A stretch of DNA of 63,736 nt, the filler included, from Guillardia theta CCMP2712 (Eukaryota > Protista > Cryptophyta), in the NCBI RefSeq assembly GCF_000315625.1. It is 4 parts of 4 records of this genome, joined end to end, with 100 filler letters (N's around TTAATTAATTAA, not from the genome) between each part and the next. Parts side by side here need not be neighbours in the genome. Positions count along the whole stretch, not along the records: positions 34,493 to 61,961 come from NW_005434535.1; positions 62,062 to 63,736 come from NW_005434569.1; 2 more parts are not named here. One strand, given 5' to 3'. The position numbers and the translations under genes are program-made. The notes beneath the pieces were generated by a model, which worked only from the letters and a program-made list of their open reading frames with translations, did not search any database and was not told where the DNA came from. Shown piece after piece: positions 59,110 to 63,736 of this stretch (position 1 is its first letter; every line of letters starts with the position of its first letter).

Positions 59110-61961
59110 GCGGGCGCATCGCTCGTGGAGACGTTATCGAAAGCGTCAACGGCGTTGAGATCGAAAAGTATGTGCCCCTGATACCTCCCTCCCTCCCTCC
59201 CTCCCCCCCTGCTCCTCCTCCTCCTCCTCCTCCTCCTCCTCCTCTCTTACTCTCCTCCTCCTCCTCCTCCTCCTCTCTTACTCTCCTCTTCTCTCCTCTT
59301 CTCTCCTCTCACATACCTCTTGTCACCTCTTGGTCGCCATTTGCCCTCCTTCCTGCTCTCTCGTCTGCTCCTCACCGTGAGCTCACAGGAGCAAGTCGGA
59401 ACTTGAAGCCACAGGAGGGTGCGTGCGACTGGCGGTGAGGAGCAAGGAAGGAGAGCGAGCTACAGTTGTCATCAGGAGGCAGCCAGCGCTTGTTCCCGAT
59501 CAGTCACACCAGCAAGCGACCGCAGGCATCGGCGTGCGGATCGACAGAGAGGAAGGGAAGGAGGAGATCGTTGTGATCTCAGTGCCGGAAGTCGGAGCGG
59601 CTGGTCTGGGAGGAGAGCTGAGGGAAGGGGACGTGCTATTGGAGGTAGACGGCAGGGACGTCAAGGGCCTGAGCTGTAAGGATATCGCTCCTCTCCTTCA
59701 GGGAGAATCGTTCAGCAGAGTCTTCGTGTCGGTAGTCAGACCCCCGTCAAAGGACAAGCTTCGCATCGGGATCGTTAGGCAGCCAGCGTACGACGTGTCA
59801 CTGTTGGAGCAAATCAGAGAGTACAAGAAAGCTGTCAAGGCAGAGGAGGAGAAGATGCAGCAGGCTGAAGGAGAGGCTGCGTGCTTCTTCATCGACTACA
59901 AGGGGCCCAGTGACGCGATGGGACGGCCGGTGGTGATGGACGGGGCTGAGAGGGGAGCCCCCAAGGGGAAGAAGAAGACCAAGGGGGAGGAGAAGGCAGC
60001 CAAGTTTGCGGCGAAGCAGGCGGCGAAAGCGGCGAAGGAGGCGGAGGACAGCACTAAGGGAGAGAAGGCGCCGAAGAAGGAGGCGAAGAAGAAGGAAAAG
60101 GCGCCTGAGGAGGTGGTGGAGGACGACAACACGCCTCCCGGAGAGAAGAAGGACATGAAGCGTCCTATGCTCAACTCCTACTCCCCCAAGCACGTCGAGG
60201 CAGCATGGAACGAGTGGTGGGACAAAGCTGGGTTCTACCGCGCCGACGAGAACTCGAGCAAGGAGCGTTTCGTCATGATGCTTCCTCCCCCCAACGTCAC
60301 GGGGACCCTCCACATCGGCCACGCCCTCACCTGCTCGGTGCAGGATACCATCGCACGCTGGAGGAGGATGAAGGGGTACAACGTGCTGTGGCTGCCGGGG
60401 ACGGACCATGCGGGGATTGCGACGCAGGTGGTGGTGGAGAAGAAGCTCAAGAAGGAGAAGGGCGTGTCGCGCCATGACCTCGGGCGCGAGAAGTTCGTGG
60501 AGGAGGTGTGGAAGTGGAAGGATCAGTACGGTGCCACCATCTGCTCGCAGCTGAGGAGGCTGGGGGCGTCTCTTGACTGGAGCAGGGAGGCGTTCACCAT
60601 GGATGACAAGCTGTCGGCAGCTGTCAAGGAAGCCTTCATGCGCTGGCACAAGGAGGGGTTGATCTACAGGGCCCAGCGCCTCGTCAACTGGGACGCCCAG
60701 CTGAAGTCAGCTGTGTCTGACCTGGAGGTAGACTACATCACTCTAGAGCAGCCCGAGAAGCTCTCTGTCCCCGGCTACGACCGCAAGGTCGAGTTCGGCA
60801 TGTTCTGGGAGTGGGCGTACAAGGTGGACGGAGAGGAACAGGAAGTAGTGATCGCCACGACTCGTCCTGAGACGATGCTCGGAGACACTGCAGTTGCAGT
60901 TCACCCCGACGACGAGAGGTACAAGAGCCTGCACGGAAAGTTCCTCCTCCACCCCATCACCGGCAGAAAGATGCCGATCGTACTGGATGCGGAGCTGGTG
61001 GACATGGAGTTTGGGACGGGAGCCGTCAAAGTCACTCCTGCTCACGATCCCAACGACTTTGTCACTGGGCAGAAGCACAAGTTGGAATTTGTCAACATCC
61101 TCAACGACGATGGCACGTTGAATGCGAACTGCGGGAAGAAGTATGAAGGCATGCACAGGTTCCAGGCAAGGTGAGCAAGGCACACAGCAGCCCTCCCTTC
61201 TCTCCTCCTACCCCTCCCCTCTCCTCTTACCCCTCCCTTTCTCTCCTACCTTCTCTTCCTCTCCCCTCCCCCTCCTCCTCCTTTCCCCCTCCTCCTCCCT
61301 CTCCGTCCCTCACCTCGCCTCCAGGTACGAGATCATTAAGGATCTCACTGCCCTCGGCCTCTACAAGGGCTCCCGTCCTAACCCCGGCATGCGCCTCGGC
61401 CTCTCCTCGCGCACCAAGGACGTCATCGAGCCTGTCCTGAAGCCCCAGTGGTGGGTCGACTGCAAGCAGATGGCGGCAGACGCCATGGAGGCGGTCAACG
61501 ACGGCAGGCTCAACATCCTCCCCGCCCAGCACAAGAGGAAGTGGTTCGACTGGCTGGGGAACATCCGAGACTGGTGCATCTCCAGGCAGCTGTGGTGGGG
61601 GCACAGGATTCCTGCGTACTACACGATGATGGAGGGGGAGGAGCGGAAGATTCCTAAGGACGAGAACTTCGACCGATGGATCGTCGCGTCCTCGGAGGAG
61701 GAAGCGCTCAAGGCTGCACAGGAGAAGTTCCCGGGGAAGAACGTGAGAAGGAGGAGGAGGAGAGGTGGTAGTGCTGCTGGTGGAGGAGGTGGTGGCTAGG
61801 CAAGGAAGAAGCAGGAGAAAGGGATTGAGAAGGGGAGGGAGGGAGGGAGGGAGGGAAGGAGGAGGCAGGAAGGGGAGGAGGGAGGAGGAGGAGTGAAGGT
61901 GGTTTCAGGTATCGGTGCTTCAGGACGAGGACGTGCTTGACACGTGGTTCTCCTCGGGTCT
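59110..61961 (+). CDS. VARS: PDZ-domain-fused valyl-tRNA synthetase (eukaryotic cytosolic type); 5' exons unresolved, 3' truncated by scaffold end
   Basis: PDZ-like GRIARGDVIESVNG and AGIGVRI...GAAGLGGELREGDVLLEVDG, in frame with TPPGEKKD, PPPNVTGTLHIGH, PGTDHAGIATQ, ATTRPETMLGD, GTGAVKVTPAHD, DWCISRQLWWGH, QDEDVLDTWFSSG. Confidence 0.92.
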
Positions 61962-62061
61962 NNNNNNNNNNNNNNNNNNNNNNNNNNNNNNNNNNNNNNN
62001 NNNNNTTAATTAATTAANNNNNNNNNNNNNNNNNNNNNNNNNNNNNNNNNNNNNNNNNNNN
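61962..62061. other. Artificial scaffold junction (TTAATTAATTAA linker)
   Basis: Linker at 62006-62017. Confidence 0.95.
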
Positions 62062-63736
62062 GACGGAGACGCCTCGCCAGCTCCGCGCCGATCGTCGGCG
62101 CCACTCGAAGGGTGTCCCCCATCGGAGTCGGAGACCTTTGGCGAAGACTCCCTCGGGCGACTCGACAAAGTCCGAGGAGGAGCTGTCCTCTGGCTCGAGA
62201 AGTGCTTGCGCCCGCAAGGGCGTCATGCGCCTCGCACCAGACAAGAGCGCTTCCAGCGTCAGCTGCATGGTGAGGCGCTGATAGGTGGCGGCGCGTTTGC
62301 GAGCCAAGACCTCAGCAGCAGGTCCGTCATCAGGCACGAAGTGCCGACCAAACGCCGCATCCTCAAGAGGCATCGAGCTACCAGATGAAGCGGAGGGTGT
62401 CAGGATGCAGGGTACCGTCCGTCGAGATGGCAAGAGGGATGAACGCTCGAGGAGGAGTAGTCATAGCATATGCAGCGCGATGTTTGCGAATCTTCTCAGA
62501 CGCTGCAACATGGAGGGCGTCGAGGTTGACCTCCCCCCACTTGGTCAGGTCGGCAGAGCTACCAATGTAAGGGTGGACCAACGTCACGTCCGCCATCAAG
62601 CCCTCGTACTGCTCGGACCCTCGATCGCGGATTCCAGGAATGTGGATATCGCCCTTCATCTTGCGGCCATGAGGATGGGAGGGTACCTATGACGCTCTGA
62701 AGACCAGCTTCGTTCAGCATCGACCGAATCGTACGAGTAAGGTTGTCATGCGCCCGTGGGAAGCTTGGGAGGATCGGCGTTTGCAGGTCTGGAGATGATG
62801 TGCAGCAACGGAGGGATCGAGCTCGCCAAGGGGTCCTTCTTGGCCGGATGCCGGATCTTCTTATTCCTGCCCTGTCAGCCATTCGTCGAGGAGGCAGATT
62901 TATTCCCCTCTCCAAGGGAGCTGATAAGCCAATTGTCATCGGTTCTGCACACCGTCGACTCGCGACGAAGCTTGCTTTGGCAGGGAATCGCTCATTTCTT
63001 GACCAGCACTTCCTCTCGTCTCACCCTCGAGCGATTCAGTTCGGGCTCGATCGAGACGGCTGTCTGAAGTTCTCGCAAACCGCGTCAGCACTCCTGCCCC
63101 TTCACGCTCGCGGTGATGATGAGGATGTTGCCAACCCCACAGTGCTGGTGAGTTTGGATGCAAAGAACGCCTTCAACTCCCTCGACCGCCAGGCTCTCTT
63201 CGATGCAATCGAGGGACGTGCGAGTCGCGACTACTTTGATGGGAGCATCACTGAAGGCGCAAGCTTGCCCTCTTGCGAGCATCTCCGTTTGTTCGCCTCC
63301 TACCTCTCCAGCTACTATGGACATTATAGGATTTACTGGAGACTCTGCTGACCTTCGACTCTTTCACAAAAGTCAGTCAGCCTCCGTTCAGTGTACCTCG
63401 GGCGTCTGTCAGGGCGATGTCCCCTCCAGCGTGTTTTTCTGCCACAGTATCCACCCCCTGGCGGACCCCCGGGCAGCGCCGGCTCCTTGTCGGCGGCTGC
63501 CCTTTCTCCGTCCGCGGCCGCCCGCTTTGTGCCGGCAGCGGACGTCTCGACTGACAGTGGTCAGTCGGCTGCCTCCGGGTATCGCGTCTAAGGGATGTTA
63601 TTCCTCCTGCATGCTCCTGCTGCTTGTTGCTTGATTGCTTGACCCTTAGGCTGCTTGTCTGCGCGGCTTCGCGCTTGGGCTGACGCTGCCGCGTCTGGGT
63701 GCCAGCAGTGCTGGTTCTTTTCGGGCTTTTGTTTTG
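62062..63736. mobile_element. Second rearranged cluster of the same CRE-like retrotransposon: inverted RLE fragment (62062-62826, minus) joined to RT fragment and 3' end (62826-63736, plus)
   Basis: Near-identical to 22910-23725 (reverse), 25890-26345 and 23978-24255; adds RT motif SGVCQGDVPSSVFF. Confidence 0.88.

Overview
Eukaryotic nuclear DNA, most likely from a cryptophyte alga (Guillardia/Hanusia-like). This rests on short GT-AG introns packed with microsatellites and a chlorophyll a/c LHC gene with an ASAFAP bipartite presequence. The window is not contiguous: three N-flanked TTAATTAATTAA linkers (20627, 34437, 62006) join four separate scaffolds. Recognisable genes are a glutaminyl cyclase, NOP2, a cytosolic carboxypeptidase (CCP/AGBL), a DUF3593+Ycf49 plastid protein, a bHLH-PAS-like factor, a histidine phosphatase, a PDK1-like kinase, PAM18, an LHC protein, two paralogous 4-TM proteins, an FKBP-CS protein, a degenerate 2OG-Fe(II) oxygenase, an ankyrin protein and ValRS. 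Five things stand out. (1) An intronless 1.9 kaa NLR-like STAND gene has an N-terminal His/Cys caspase-like (clan CD) motif pair, NACHT, pentapeptide repeats and 126-bp WD40 units that were recently duplicated at DNA level, suggesting a HET-E-like protease-coupled immune receptor. (2) ValRS is fused in frame to PDZ domains. (3) Arrays of a CRE-clade non-LTR retrotransposon are scrambled by microhomology joins and templated insertions. (4) Palindrome-rich GC islands recur, each paired with a GGGGT block. (5) A 97-bp inverted copy of an exon sits in the 5' region of the divergent neighbouring gene. Exon boundaries were read by eye, and gene ends are approximate where stated.
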